A stretch of DNA of 64,000 nt from an uncultured cyanobacterium (lineage in GTDB: Bacteria; Cyanobacteriota; Cyanobacteriia; Cyanobacteriales; Nostocaceae), in the NCBI GenBank assembly GCA_963740315.1, contig CAVUDP010000004.1, positions 480,001 to 544,000 on the forward strand, in the 5' to 3' direction. Under the pieces are notes generated by a model, which worked only from the letters and a program-made list of their open reading frames with translations, did no database searches and was not told the DNA's origin. Positions within the stretch are counted from its first letter, which is position 1, and each line of letters begins with the position of its first letter. This document shows positions 11,494 through 20,803 of this stretch, in pieces. Position numbers and translations under genes: made by a program.

Positions 11494-13140
11494 TCATAAA
11501 TTTTTAACGAACTTCTTTGCCCGACTTACCAATGGCAGGGAATATAATTGCTTTTTCATTTTTGCTTGAATACTTAGCTTGCTAACAAACAGCTTTGTTT
11601 TTGAATTTAGTAAATGGGAAGATGGAGAAGACGCGGGAAGTTTTTGGTAAACTAGGCAAGCTCCAACTCCTAATTCGCGGTTAGAGTTTTCAAAACAAAG
11701 ATTGACTGATAATAAGCCATGCCTTCTAAAGAATGCATCCATTATTTCTTTTGTCCAATTTTTAGGCTTTCCTACTATTAACAAAAAGCCAGATTCAGCA
11801 ATAGTCGGTTCAACTTCCTGCCATAGCTGCTTCATTGCTGCCAAGTTATCTGGTAAATCTACGATCGCCATCTGAAATTGAGATAAATCCTTTTGTTTTG
11901 AAGACAGGCATTGCAGATCGACCTGTTCTTTCACGCCGACTTTGTTGCACCAAGCTTCCACATCAGTCAAAGCTTCTGAGGAATTAGCGTAAGTAATATC
12001 TAAACGAGGTAAGTCAGCTAAATCTGACAGGAGTTGTTTATTCGCACCCTTCCAATAAAGAAGTTTGATTCGAGAGTTTAGTCGATGGATTTCTTGAATC
12101 AATTCGTAAATCTTTAATCGAGTATCAAAGGCTTTTTCGTTTCTAGTCGGATCGATGTGCAACACACGTTTATCGTGTTCTAGACGAAAAGGCGCTTCAA
12201 TCTCACCATGCAAGACATAGCGGTATAATTTTTGCCATATTGCTTGCTGGCTATAACAATCTATCAGCTTTTGATGACCTGCTGCTGCTATTTGTTCCGC
12301 TTTATCAGGATTCTTTAGATAAAAATCTATCTTTTGGAGTAGTTCATCTTCGTTTCCATAGCATTCTAAGTGAACGCCTTCTTGAAACAGAGAAAACAAA
12401 CCAGATTGAGGACTTAAGCGATCCGTAAGCAGAAAACCGCCAGCCATCAGCACTTCAAAAATCCTTCTATTACTATCAGAATTTAAACCACAATTGAATA
12501 CTATTTGCGATTTGGTATAATCTTCCAAAGATTCAATATATGGCTTGCGGCTAATATCAATATTTGTACCAGAATCCTCTAAAAATTCAAGTAGTCTGCT
12601 GCGGTAAACGTGTTGTTGCGACTGAGAACCCCGAAAAATAATATTGAATGATTTTGATTCGGACTTCTTAGGAATATAATGGTCGATAACAGGAGTTCCT
12701 GGGAGCCAGAAGACATTTTTTAGACCTGCTTCTACAAAGAAATGTAAATGCTGAACTCCTTGGTAAACCCAGTGGTAATCGCACTGTAAAACTTTGCAAT
12801 ATTCAACAATACCAGTCAACGAACCATCACCCAGGTGAAAAGTATCGCCAATCTTCATGACTTTAGGGCATTTGAATTTCTCAAGTCCCCGTGGAATAAA
12901 GCTCATATTTCTGGCAGACAGTTGCACAAAATCAGGATAAAAACCATTAGGTAATTTATCCAAAATCATATCAACAGAAAATTCTCCCTGGGGAACAGCA
13001 ATGGCTTTACCTGCCTTTACTAGTTCTGCTGGTGGTGCGGGGCAGGCAATTAGTATTTGATGGTCATTTTCTTCCGATGTATTTAGATCCGACTTTGAAA
13101 TCGATACTGATGTTGAAATAATACGTAGTTCTTTAACCAT
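11494..13140 (-). CDS. Glycosyltransferase with Glyco_trans_1_2/CgeB-like domain
   Basis: NRRIFEVLMAGGFLLTD...FQEGVHLECY...KIDFYL. Start placed at ATG 13140 because the ORF-track extension to 13359 runs through repeat elements. Confidence 0.7.
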   Translation of the reverse strand: MVKELRIISTSVSISKSDLNTSEENDHQILIACPAPPAELVKAGKAIAVPQGEFSVDMILDKLPNGFYPDFVQLSARNMSFIPRGLEKFKCPKVMKIGDTFHLGDGSLTGIVEYCKVLQCDYHWVYQGVQHLHFFVEAGLKNVFWLPGTPVIDHYIPKKSESKSFNIIFRGSQSQQHVYRSRLLEFLEDSGTNIDISRKPYIESLEDYTKSQIVFNCGLNSDSNRRIFEVLMAGGFLLTDRLSPQSGLFSLFQEGVHLECYGNEDELLQKIDFYLKNPDKAEQIAAAGHQKLIDCYSQQAIWQKLYRYVLHGEIEAPFRLEHDKRVLHIDPTRNEKAFDTRLKIYELIQEIHRLNSRIKLLYWKGANKQLLSDLADLPRLDITYANSSEALTDVEAWCNKVGVKEQVDLQCLSSKQKDLSQFQMAIVDLPDNLAAMKQLWQEVEPTIAESGFLLIVGKPKNWTKEIMDAFFRRHGLLSVNLCFENSNRELGVGACLVYQKLPASSPSSHLLNSKTKLFVSKLSIQAKMKKQLYSLPLVSRAKKFVKNL

Positions 13141-13184
13141 TGGAGTATTAATAAGTATTACTATCTCTTTAAGACTGAAATGTT

Positions 13185-13260
13185 GTGCATGGGGGAAACC
13201 ACGCCACTTGCTACAGCCGTCGTATTTATCGCCAAGGCAGTGGCTCCCCAAGACCACACT
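13185..13260. repeat. Nested small palindromic dispersed repeats
   Basis: ACGCCACTTG...GCAGTGGCT (13201-13245, GCCACT/AGTGGC stem) sits inside a GGGGGAAACC|CCCCAAGACC hairpin. Confidence 0.5.
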
Positions 13261-13377
13261 TTTCGCTTTATCTCTTTCCTCTGTGTCCTCTAAGTCAAGC
13301 GTCGGTTTTTTTCTCGATAATTTTCTACCGCTAAAGGAGTAATTTACCCGCACAGCCAACTGATTTGATTAGACAAC

Positions 13378-14184
13378 TTAAGATACTAAATTCCATGCTG
13401 CGCGAAGCTCAGAGAAGTTATCTTTCGCTTCTTTTGCTATAGCAATAGTATCGCGTTTAATTTCTAATAATTCGTAATTTCTAGCTTCTAAATATGCGCG
13501 ACATTCTGCTTTATCAGTGGGGCTTAAGTGTTTGTGTTCGTACAAGATGATTTTTGGTTGAAAGCGTTCAAAACTAATCATCTTGAGAATTTCAAAATCA
13601 TAACCTTCCGTATCAATATGTATGACATCGATATCGCTAAGATTATGTTTGTCGCATAGAGCCGCAAATGTCATACAATCAACTTGAGTTGTGACTATAC
13701 GTTCTTGAATATCAGGAATCCAAGTAGAATTTTTTAGTATCGTTTCTAATGAAAAAGAACCAAGTTGGTCGTAGGTTACTGGCAAATCATCGCACTCTTT
13801 TAAATAATAAAAATTTTGTACTCTATTCTCACTTGAGATTGCAACATTTTCTAGAGTTATATTCTCGAATTTATGAAAATTTTTCTCTAACCTTTTAAAT
13901 ACAAATTTAACTGGTTCAATCATAATTCCCGACCAGTTACAGTTAAATATAAAATTACGCAAAGGGTCGCCATGAGTCGCATCATTAGAGCCAACCTGTA
14001 CAAAAAAAACATTTTTTTTTGCTATAGCTAACGAATAAAGAATGCAATCGATTGGGTCGCGCTTTAGGACGAATCGCAAGCTCGTTGATTTCAGAAAATT
14101 CCAAGGTAGAACGTTATATAATTTTTGACGTAAAAGTAAGTTGGTTTTGCCTAGTTTATGCTTAATTTTTCTCAGAACTTGCAT
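13378..14184 (-). CDS. FkbM family methyltransferase
   Basis: FVQVGSNDA, MIEPV, LENVAIS, IHIDTEGYDFEIL. Confidence 0.88.
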   Translation of the reverse strand: MQVLRKIKHKLGKTNLLLRQKLYNVLPWNFLKSTSLRFVLKRDPIDCILYSLAIAKKNVFFVQVGSNDATHGDPLRNFIFNCNWSGIMIEPVKFVFKRLEKNFHKFENITLENVAISSENRVQNFYYLKECDDLPVTYDQLGSFSLETILKNSTWIPDIQERIVTTQVDCMTFAALCDKHNLSDIDVIHIDTEGYDFEILKMISFERFQPKIILYEHKHLSPTDKAECRAYLEARNYELLEIKRDTIAIAKEAKDNFSELRAAWNLVS

Positions 14185-14214
14185 ATAAATTTACCTATTA
14201 ATTTGAGTAGATTT

Positions 14215-14949
14215 CTATTCAAAATTCACTGACAATAAAGCTTGAGCTTGAACTAAATCATCAGGAGTATTAATTTCTAAAACAATCTTTTGAGTCAGAC
14301 ACACCCGAATAGAAAATCCATGCTCTAGTACTCGCAGTTGCTCCAAACCTTCACACTCCTCTAATGGAGTAGGTTTCATTTGAGCATACTGAGCGAGGAA
14401 ATCTCTTTCAAAGGCATAAAGTCCTAAATGGTGGAACACGGGTACTTCTACATTATTGCGAAAGTACGGAATAGGAGCGCGGGAAAAATAAAGAGCATTA
14501 CCAAGGCGATCGCACAGTACTTTAACTGAATTAGAATCTAAATAAGCTTTATCCATCTCCAAAGGACAGCCCAGAGTTGTCATTGCTGGTGATTCTCCTT
14601 TAAGATAAGGACTTACTAGTTGTGCGAGCATTTCGGAAGTTACAAAAGGTTGATCTCCCTGAACGTTAGCTATAGCGTTCATCTGGGGATAGCGCAAAGC
14701 AACTTCAGCAACTCTATCGGTACCCGTAGCGCAATCGGAGCTAGTCATTTCAACTTCTCCGCCAAAAGAATGCACGCAATCGGCAATAACTTCGCTATCG
14801 GTAGCGACAACTACTTTACTAAAATGAGGACAGCTTTTCGCCGCTTCATAAACTCTTTGTACCATTGGGCGATCGCCAATCATTGCCAGTGGTTTTCCAG
14901 GAAACCGAGTTGAGTTGTAACGAGCGGGGATAACAGCAAGGATGTTCAT
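14215..14949 (-). CDS. kdsB: CMP-Kdo synthetase (3-deoxy-manno-octulosonate cytidylyltransferase)
   Basis: VIPARYNSTRFPGKPL, TGTDR, NVQGDQP, LYFSRAPIP, HLGLYAF, LEQLRVLE. Confidence 0.95.
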   Translation of the reverse strand: MNILAVIPARYNSTRFPGKPLAMIGDRPMVQRVYEAAKSCPHFSKVVVATDSEVIADCVHSFGGEVEMTSSDCATGTDRVAEVALRYPQMNAIANVQGDQPFVTSEMLAQLVSPYLKGESPAMTTLGCPLEMDKAYLDSNSVKVLCDRLGNALYFSRAPIPYFRNNVEVPVFHHLGLYAFERDFLAQYAQMKPTPLEECEGLEQLRVLEHGFSIRVCLTQKIVLEINTPDDLVQAQALLSVNFE

Positions 14950-15208
14950 AGTTTTATATACCTAATAATTTACGTAATTATTTATTTTTTTCAAGTAACA
15001 GGTATTGCAATTTATTTGAGACACCCAATTTTCCTTCTCCGATAAAGTCATAAAGTTAAGGATTAGGTTTTGGATGCCTCATATCAAATATTTGTAGAGA
15101 TGCGCCGCACAGACTTCGATCAAACGCTTATCGATTGGAACTGCTGGTTAATTGCGAGTTTACGTACAACGCCGTATTAATTTCCGATATATTCAACAGG
15201 CTTCGCGG

Positions 15209-17971
15209 TTAAGTTAGTGCAATATTGCGGAACTCACTTACAGCAGTTGGATTTGCAACATCATGGTCGTTGCCAATGGTAAGATAGTCGAATTGACCGC
15301 TGAAAAAGTTACCAATTGGGATTGAATAGCGATCGAATCCGGCTGATTGACCGATAATATACTGGTCTAAGTCCTCAATACCCCAACTTTGGCTACCGTC
15401 AACTTGGAAAAAGTGTCCGGCATCATCAGCGCCGCTAATGTTGTTGTTATTGTCGAAGCCGATACCCTGAACTTCACCCGTGCCGTTGCTTCTGAACTCA
15501 AACTCCAAGTTTGTATCTGCATCTACTTGATATCCGGTGATGTCCAAGCGCTTCCAACCGTTAAGAGCTAATTTTAATTCAGTGTTATTAGTAATAGTTG
15601 CAACGGCGTTAACATCTTGAGAAGCACCACCGTAAGATTGAACTGATAGAGATTGAGTTATTCCATCAACGGTAAGATCGAGTAAGTTATTTTGAACGGA
15701 AACTTCAAATAGCTCGATGTTGTTGAACTGTGCTATAGCAGTAGGATTTGTAACATCATGGTCGTTGGCAATGGTAAGGTAGTCAAATTCACCCTTGAAG
15801 AAATCACCAACGGAGATTTCGTAGGTTTTTTCGCTTCCAACTTGATTAACAATAAACCGATCTAAGTTTTCAATACCCCAGCTTTGACTACCATTAGCTT
15901 GGAAGAAGTGCCCAGCGTCATCAGCGCCGCTAATATTATTGTTATTATCGAAGCCGATACCTTGAACTTCACCCTTGCCGTTAGAATTAAAGTCAAAGCG
16001 GAGCCGGGTATTTGCAGTTACTTGATATCCGTTAAGATTCAAGCGTTTCCAGCCGTTACCTTCTAACTGTAATTGTTTATTGTTATTGTTTACAGTTGAA
16101 GTAATGCTTGGGTTTTGAGAAGCACCACCATAAGATTCAATCGTTTTATTTTGAGTCACTCCATTAATGGAGATATCAAGTAAGGTATTAGGATTGGGAG
16201 TAGGTATAGGAGTAGGTGTCGGTGTCGGGGTAGGAGTCGGAGTCGGAGTAGGTGTCGGTGTCGGTGTAGGAGTAGGTGTAGGAGTAGGTGTAGGTGTCGG
16301 TGTCGGTGTCGGTGTTAATAGTTCGATATTTCTGAATGTCGCTTGAGCAGTGGGATTTGCGACATCATGGTCGTTACCTATGGTTAAGAAATTAAATCTA
16401 CCAGTGAATAGTTGACCAACTGGGATGGAATACTGATTAAATCCGTCCGAGGAACCAACAATATACTGACCTAGATTTTCAATACCCCAGCTTTGACTAC
16501 CAGCAACTTGAAAGAAATGTCCGCTATCATCAGCGCCGCTAATATTATTGTTGTTATCAAAGCCGATACCTTGAACTTCACCTTTACCATTACCCTTAAA
16601 GTTAAAACGGAGGATAGTGTCGGGAGCGATCGTGGTATTGATATTAACCCGTTTCCATCTATTTCCACTTAAGTTTAGTTGATTGCTTGGCGATACAGTC
16701 ACATCACCTGTAACGTCTTGCATTGAACCACCGTAGGATTCAACAGGATTGGAAACGGGTATACCGTTGATTGTAACAAGTGATTCTGATGAATTATTCA
16801 CACCATTAATAGTTGCGGCTTGTACACCCAGCAGTAAAGCTAATTGTTCGCCGCTATTATTACTGGTAATCCAGGTATCGTTAATATAGTTTCCAGTACC
16901 TTGAGTAATACTCAGTTGCTCAAAAGTTAAGCCTCCAGATAGTGCTAGCGAATCTTCTCCAACTAAAAAATCGGTGATAGTATCGGTTCCTTCACCAAGG
17001 GTTAAAACAAATGTGTCTTTACCAGTTCCCCCACTGAGTAAGTCGTCACCACCACCACCAATAATCAAGTCATCGCCAGCGCCACCCTGAATAATGTTGC
17101 TATTGGCATTACCTGTAAGTCGATCGCTATAGGCTGTACCTATAATGTTGTTGATATTAATTAGAGTATCCTGGCTGCTTTTAATCCAGTCATACCAGCT
17201 ATTCGCAATCTTTTCGTAACCTTGCAAAGAAGGATGAACCCCATCAAAAATGTCACTTACAGTTAAGGCTTTGTTGACATCAACAAAAGTTACCTTTTTG
17301 CCTGCCGCTAATTTGTCCTCAATAATGCCCGGTATCGTAGCGTTGTAAGCCTTGGCATTATCGCTTTGAATTTTTCTCACAGATGGATCTATCGGCGGAA
17401 TCGAAGCTACTAAAAGATGAGTCTTTGGCGATTGGTTGGTAATTTTATCTAGTAAAGCACTCAAGCGATCGTCAGCCGTCGAGGGATTGGTATCGCTTTT
17501 CGTATCGTTAGTACCAATCATCAGCAACAACATATCTGGCTGCTGTACGTTCAACCAACCTGCGATATTGTCAGAAATAAAAGAAATGCGTTTGCCACTA
17601 TGCCCTTCGTGTTCGTTATCTTCAAAAGCACCAGTTTTTTGCGAGCCGACAAAATCTACAGCTTCACCAAAACCATCAGCAATCAAAAATTGATTTAAGA
17701 AATTTCGATAGCCACCACTATCGTTGTTTTTAGGCTTATCCGCTATTTCAGTATTTGTAAAACCATATGTAATCGAATCGCCAACAGGTAAAATCTTAAA
17801 TGGATTTTGAATTGATGGCGTAAACTCACGTGTAACAATTCCCGCGCTCAAATCAGCAATAATGCTACCAGTCGCTTGAACGTAGTTGACCGCGTTAAAC
17901 TCAGTGTCACCGTTGAAGCTTTGATTTGCAGCGCCACCTATAAAAATTTTACCTATGCCAATGTTATTCAT
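15209..17971 (-). CDS. Modular SGNH/GDSL esterase with RTX Ca-binding repeats, Pro-Thr linker and three homologous ~150-aa modules
   Basis: GDSIT, GHSG, IGTND, DGVHP (SGNH blocks); GGAGDD/GGGGDD/GGTGKD; (PT)n; three copies of GEVQGIGFDNNNNISGADD..HFFQ..GSQSWG...LTI.NDHDV.NPTA. Confidence 0.85.
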   Translation of the reverse strand: MNNIGIGKIFIGGAANQSFNGDTEFNAVNYVQATGSIIADLSAGIVTREFTPSIQNPFKILPVGDSITYGFTNTEIADKPKNNDSGGYRNFLNQFLIADGFGEAVDFVGSQKTGAFEDNEHEGHSGKRISFISDNIAGWLNVQQPDMLLLMIGTNDTKSDTNPSTADDRLSALLDKITNQSPKTHLLVASIPPIDPSVRKIQSDNAKAYNATIPGIIEDKLAAGKKVTFVDVNKALTVSDIFDGVHPSLQGYEKIANSWYDWIKSSQDTLININNIIGTAYSDRLTGNANSNIIQGGAGDDLIIGGGGDDLLSGGTGKDTFVLTLGEGTDTITDFLVGEDSLALSGGLTFEQLSITQGTGNYINDTWITSNNSGEQLALLLGVQAATINGVNNSSESLVTINGIPVSNPVESYGGSMQDVTGDVTVSPSNQLNLSGNRWKRVNINTTIAPDTILRFNFKGNGKGEVQGIGFDNNNNISGADDSGHFFQVAGSQSWGIENLGQYIVGSSDGFNQYSIPVGQLFTGRFNFLTIGNDHDVANPTAQATFRNIELLTPTPTPTPTPTPTPTPTPTPTPTPTPTPTPTPTPTPIPTPNPNTLLDISINGVTQNKTIESYGGASQNPSITSTVNNNNKQLQLEGNGWKRLNLNGYQVTANTRLRFDFNSNGKGEVQGIGFDNNNNISGADDAGHFFQANGSQSWGIENLDRFIVNQVGSEKTYEISVGDFFKGEFDYLTIANDHDVTNPTAIAQFNNIELFEVSVQNNLLDLTVDGITQSLSVQSYGGASQDVNAVATITNNTELKLALNGWKRLDITGYQVDADTNLEFEFRSNGTGEVQGIGFDNNNNISGADDAGHFFQVDGSQSWGIEDLDQYIIGQSAGFDRYSIPIGNFFSGQFDYLTIGNDHDVANPTAVSEFRNIALT
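16197..16315 (-). repeat. Coding hexamer repeat (Pro-Thr linker)
   Basis: GGTGTC/GGAGTA-type hexamers encode about 20 PT dipeptides. Confidence 0.9.
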
Positions 17972-18081
17972 AATTTCTATTCTCAGGTATAAAAAATAAC
18001 CTCTTATGGTATTTTAGCCTGAGAAACCCAGCATTATATGTAAATTAACTTATAAGCTTATTTAAAGATTTCAAGAATTGA

Positions 18082-19074
18082 TTACAAAATACCGCTACGA
18101 GCAATGTCATGAAGCCGAAGTAAGCCAACACAATATGCTTTATCTACTACTGAGAGTACAGAAATTTGAGAGGAACGATTTTCCATCAGTTGTAGTGCGT
18201 CGAAAGCTAATTGCTCCGGTTGAACGGCGATCGGATTGCGCGTCATAATTGCTGCTGCCTGGAGGTGTTCTAGATCGGCTAACTCGATCGTGGCTATGGC
18301 ACGTCGTAGATCGCCGTCTGTAATAATTCCTAGTAGTTTACCTTTTTCGTCAATAACGTTGACTGCTCCGAGTCCTGCTTTGGTGATAGCGCTAACTATT
18401 TCAATCCAGCTTGCTTTTGGTCTAATTACGGGATTATCTAATCCCTGATGCATCAAATCTGCTACCCGTAAAGTCAGCCGTTTACCTAAGCGTCCGGCTG
18501 GATGATTCAGTGCAAAATCTTGAGGAGTTATAGCCCGCATTTGCATTAAGGTCATTGCCAGAGCATCCCCAATTGCTAAAGCAACAGTGGTACTGGTAGT
18601 GGGAGCTAAATTCAAAGGACAAGCTTCACGATCTACTGAGGCATCTAAAACCAAATCAGCCCGATTTGCTAAGGTAGATTCGAGATTTCCCAAAATTCCA
18701 ATAATTGGAACTTGGCGATGTTTAAGATGAGGAACTATCTCTATTAATTCTTGTGTTTCACCGCTATTGCTGAACAATATAACTACATCCAAGGCAGTAA
18801 TAATTCCCAAATCGCCGTGCAAAGCATCGCAAGGATGCAAACATACAGCTACATTACCAATGCTACATAGGGTAGCAGCAATCTTTTGGGCAACAATTCC
18901 AGACTTTCCAACACCTGTAAGCACCACCTTTCCCTGACAATTTATCAGTAGCTTTAATACCTTTTCTAATTGATCTATTTGCAAGCGTTCTGCTGCTTGG
19001 TTAATTGCGGTTGCTTCCAGTTTTAGGAGTTCGATAACCCGATTTACTGGAACTGAAGTAATAAATGAGTGCAT
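18082..19074 (-). CDS. kdsD: Arabinose-5-phosphate isomerase (KdsD/KpsF/GutQ; SIS + 2 CBS)
   Basis: GVGKSG, DALHGDLG, SNSGET, EACPLNLAPTTST, HPAGRLG, GIITDGDLRR. Confidence 0.92.
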   Translation of the reverse strand: MHSFITSVPVNRVIELLKLEATAINQAAERLQIDQLEKVLKLLINCQGKVVLTGVGKSGIVAQKIAATLCSIGNVAVCLHPCDALHGDLGIITALDVVILFSNSGETQELIEIVPHLKHRQVPIIGILGNLESTLANRADLVLDASVDREACPLNLAPTTSTTVALAIGDALAMTLMQMRAITPQDFALNHPAGRLGKRLTLRVADLMHQGLDNPVIRPKASWIEIVSAITKAGLGAVNVIDEKGKLLGIITDGDLRRAIATIELADLEHLQAAAIMTRNPIAVQPEQLAFDALQLMENRSSQISVLSVVDKAYCVGLLRLHDIARSGIL

Positions 19075-19217
19075 AAAAATACAATATTGGTAGTGCTGAA
19101 TATTTATTGGTAGCTTGAATCTTTTTTAGTAGTTCGCGAAGCCAAGTTTTCTGAATACATTGTAAAAGCGTAGAGTTCTTTTCCCCTTAAGCTTCCTCCG
19201 TTTCCCGTACTTGAGTA

Positions 19218-20057
19218 CTAGTTTCTGCCCATATTTTTTAGTAAATGAATGTTTTGTCTGACAAAATTTTTATAATCTGGCAAAGGAGAATTACCTTTAA
19301 GTAAATTTTGTCGCACGTAAGAACGGACAATGCTCAATTCAATATCTTTCTGAGTAATGTATCCAGCATCTAAAGCTTCCTGAAAATAGTTAAACCATAG
19401 TTCACCATAAGGATGATTAGGACTTTTCCAAGGTTGGGTGTATAGATTTGTATAATGAATTAATTTAGTTTCTCGGTCATAATAATCAAATACATTCCAC
19501 TGGGGGTTAAGTGCGCCAATCTTCAGGGGATGATCAGCAAGAAAAGCCTTACTCATACTGGAAAATTCAGTATTAGTGTAAAGTCCTCGATCGATTTCTT
19601 TATAATAAGTTTCCAAATCAAAGCGACAAGTTTCGCAGTCTATAAGCATCACGCTTAATGCCCAAAACTCTTCACCTCTATGGCTGTAAGCATCTGCTTT
19701 TGCCAGGAAATCATTTCCATTCAAGGAAGTATCAATAAGTTCGCCAATATCTGTTAGACAAATAATATCTGAGTCGATATAAATTGCTTTACCTTGATAA
19801 TTGCACAGTTGTGGAATCAAATAACGATAAAGGCTAAATTCAGTTGTGTTACGATATTTAATATGTAGAGGTAAAGGAGCTAAGAATGGCTGTTTGTCAT
19901 TCAATTCTATGGCATTATGAGTACCATTAAAAACGTAAATATCTAAGTTTCTTTTAGTATGTTTTTGCAAAGAATAAATTGCTACTTTTCTCTCAAGGAG
20001 GCTTGCTTCTCCAGAACCAATGAATATTCGTATAGGTTCCTGGTTGATAATATTCAC
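19218..20057 (-). CDS. GT8-like nucleotide-diphospho-sugar transferase (CDI-like)
   Basis: IRIFIG, TEFSLYRYLIP, AIYIDSD, WNVFD, LIHYT...PW. Confidence 0.75.
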   Translation of the reverse strand: MNIINQEPIRIFIGSGEASLLERKVAIYSLQKHTKRNLDIYVFNGTHNAIELNDKQPFLAPLPLHIKYRNTTEFSLYRYLIPQLCNYQGKAIYIDSDIICLTDIGELIDTSLNGNDFLAKADAYSHRGEEFWALSVMLIDCETCRFDLETYYKEIDRGLYTNTEFSSMSKAFLADHPLKIGALNPQWNVFDYYDRETKLIHYTNLYTQPWKSPNHPYGELWFNYFQEALDAGYITQKDIELSIVRSYVRQNLLKGNSPLPDYKNFVRQNIHLLKNMGRN

Positions 20058-20747
20058 TTAATTATCTCCCGTTTTATTTGTAACGCTAATTAATTGGTGT
20101 TGCTTATTAGTTTCACCACGTTTTTTGATAACTCTACCCGGTACTCCCACAACGACAGAGTAAGGCTCTACGCTTTTGGTTACAACAGTTCCCGCACCAA
20201 TCACAGAACCTTTACCAATTTTGCAGCCTTCAAGAATCACTACACCTGCACCTATCCATACATCATCTTCTATAACAACACCTTTATTAGTTAAAGGTTG
20301 CAGATCGATGGGAGTATCAATATCGTCATACAAATGATTACCAGGATTAATTACCACGTGAGTCGCCATTCTTACCCAATTACCTATGACTAAATCACCA
20401 TTCCCAAACAAAATAGTGTAAGGGTTAACGCTACAATCACTACCAATTGTTATTTTGCCGAATCCGGATGTCAATCTGGCAAAAGTTCTAATAATTGAGC
20501 GATCGCCAATATGAATAGCAGAACTATCGAGCGAACATTCAACTGTGGAATAATCTTCTATTAAAACCTTATCTCCCAAAAAGATTTTATTTAAGGGACT
20601 TTTGAGAAAAACTTTATTACCGACATAACAATCTTTTCCAAAATGTCCCATTTCTTGGCGAAAAATATCTTGTTTGTAGGATTGCTCGTATTTGTGATAG
20701 TGATAATTAATTTTTGCTATAGTTTTAGAGAGTACTTTGTAAATCAT
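20058..20747 (-). CDS. Hexapeptide-repeat (LbH) O-acyltransferase
   Basis: VVIEDDVWIGAGVVIL...IGKGSVIGAGTVVTK...VGVPGRVIK. Confidence 0.9.
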   Translation of the reverse strand: MIYKVLSKTIAKINYHYHKYEQSYKQDIFRQEMGHFGKDCYVGNKVFLKSPLNKIFLGDKVLIEDYSTVECSLDSSAIHIGDRSIIRTFARLTSGFGKITIGSDCSVNPYTILFGNGDLVIGNWVRMATHVVINPGNHLYDDIDTPIDLQPLTNKGVVIEDDVWIGAGVVILEGCKIGKGSVIGAGTVVTKSVEPYSVVVGVPGRVIKKRGETNKQHQLISVTNKTGDN

Positions 20748-20803
20748 AGTAATGTATTAATTAATAGAATAAAGAATAATCTAGTTTAGGTATACATTAA
20801 TAG

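Noticed and set aside
13141..13359. N-terminal extension of the 621-aa glycosyltransferase ORF
   Set aside because: Runs through nested repeat elements from a TTG start; ATG 13140 is more plausible.
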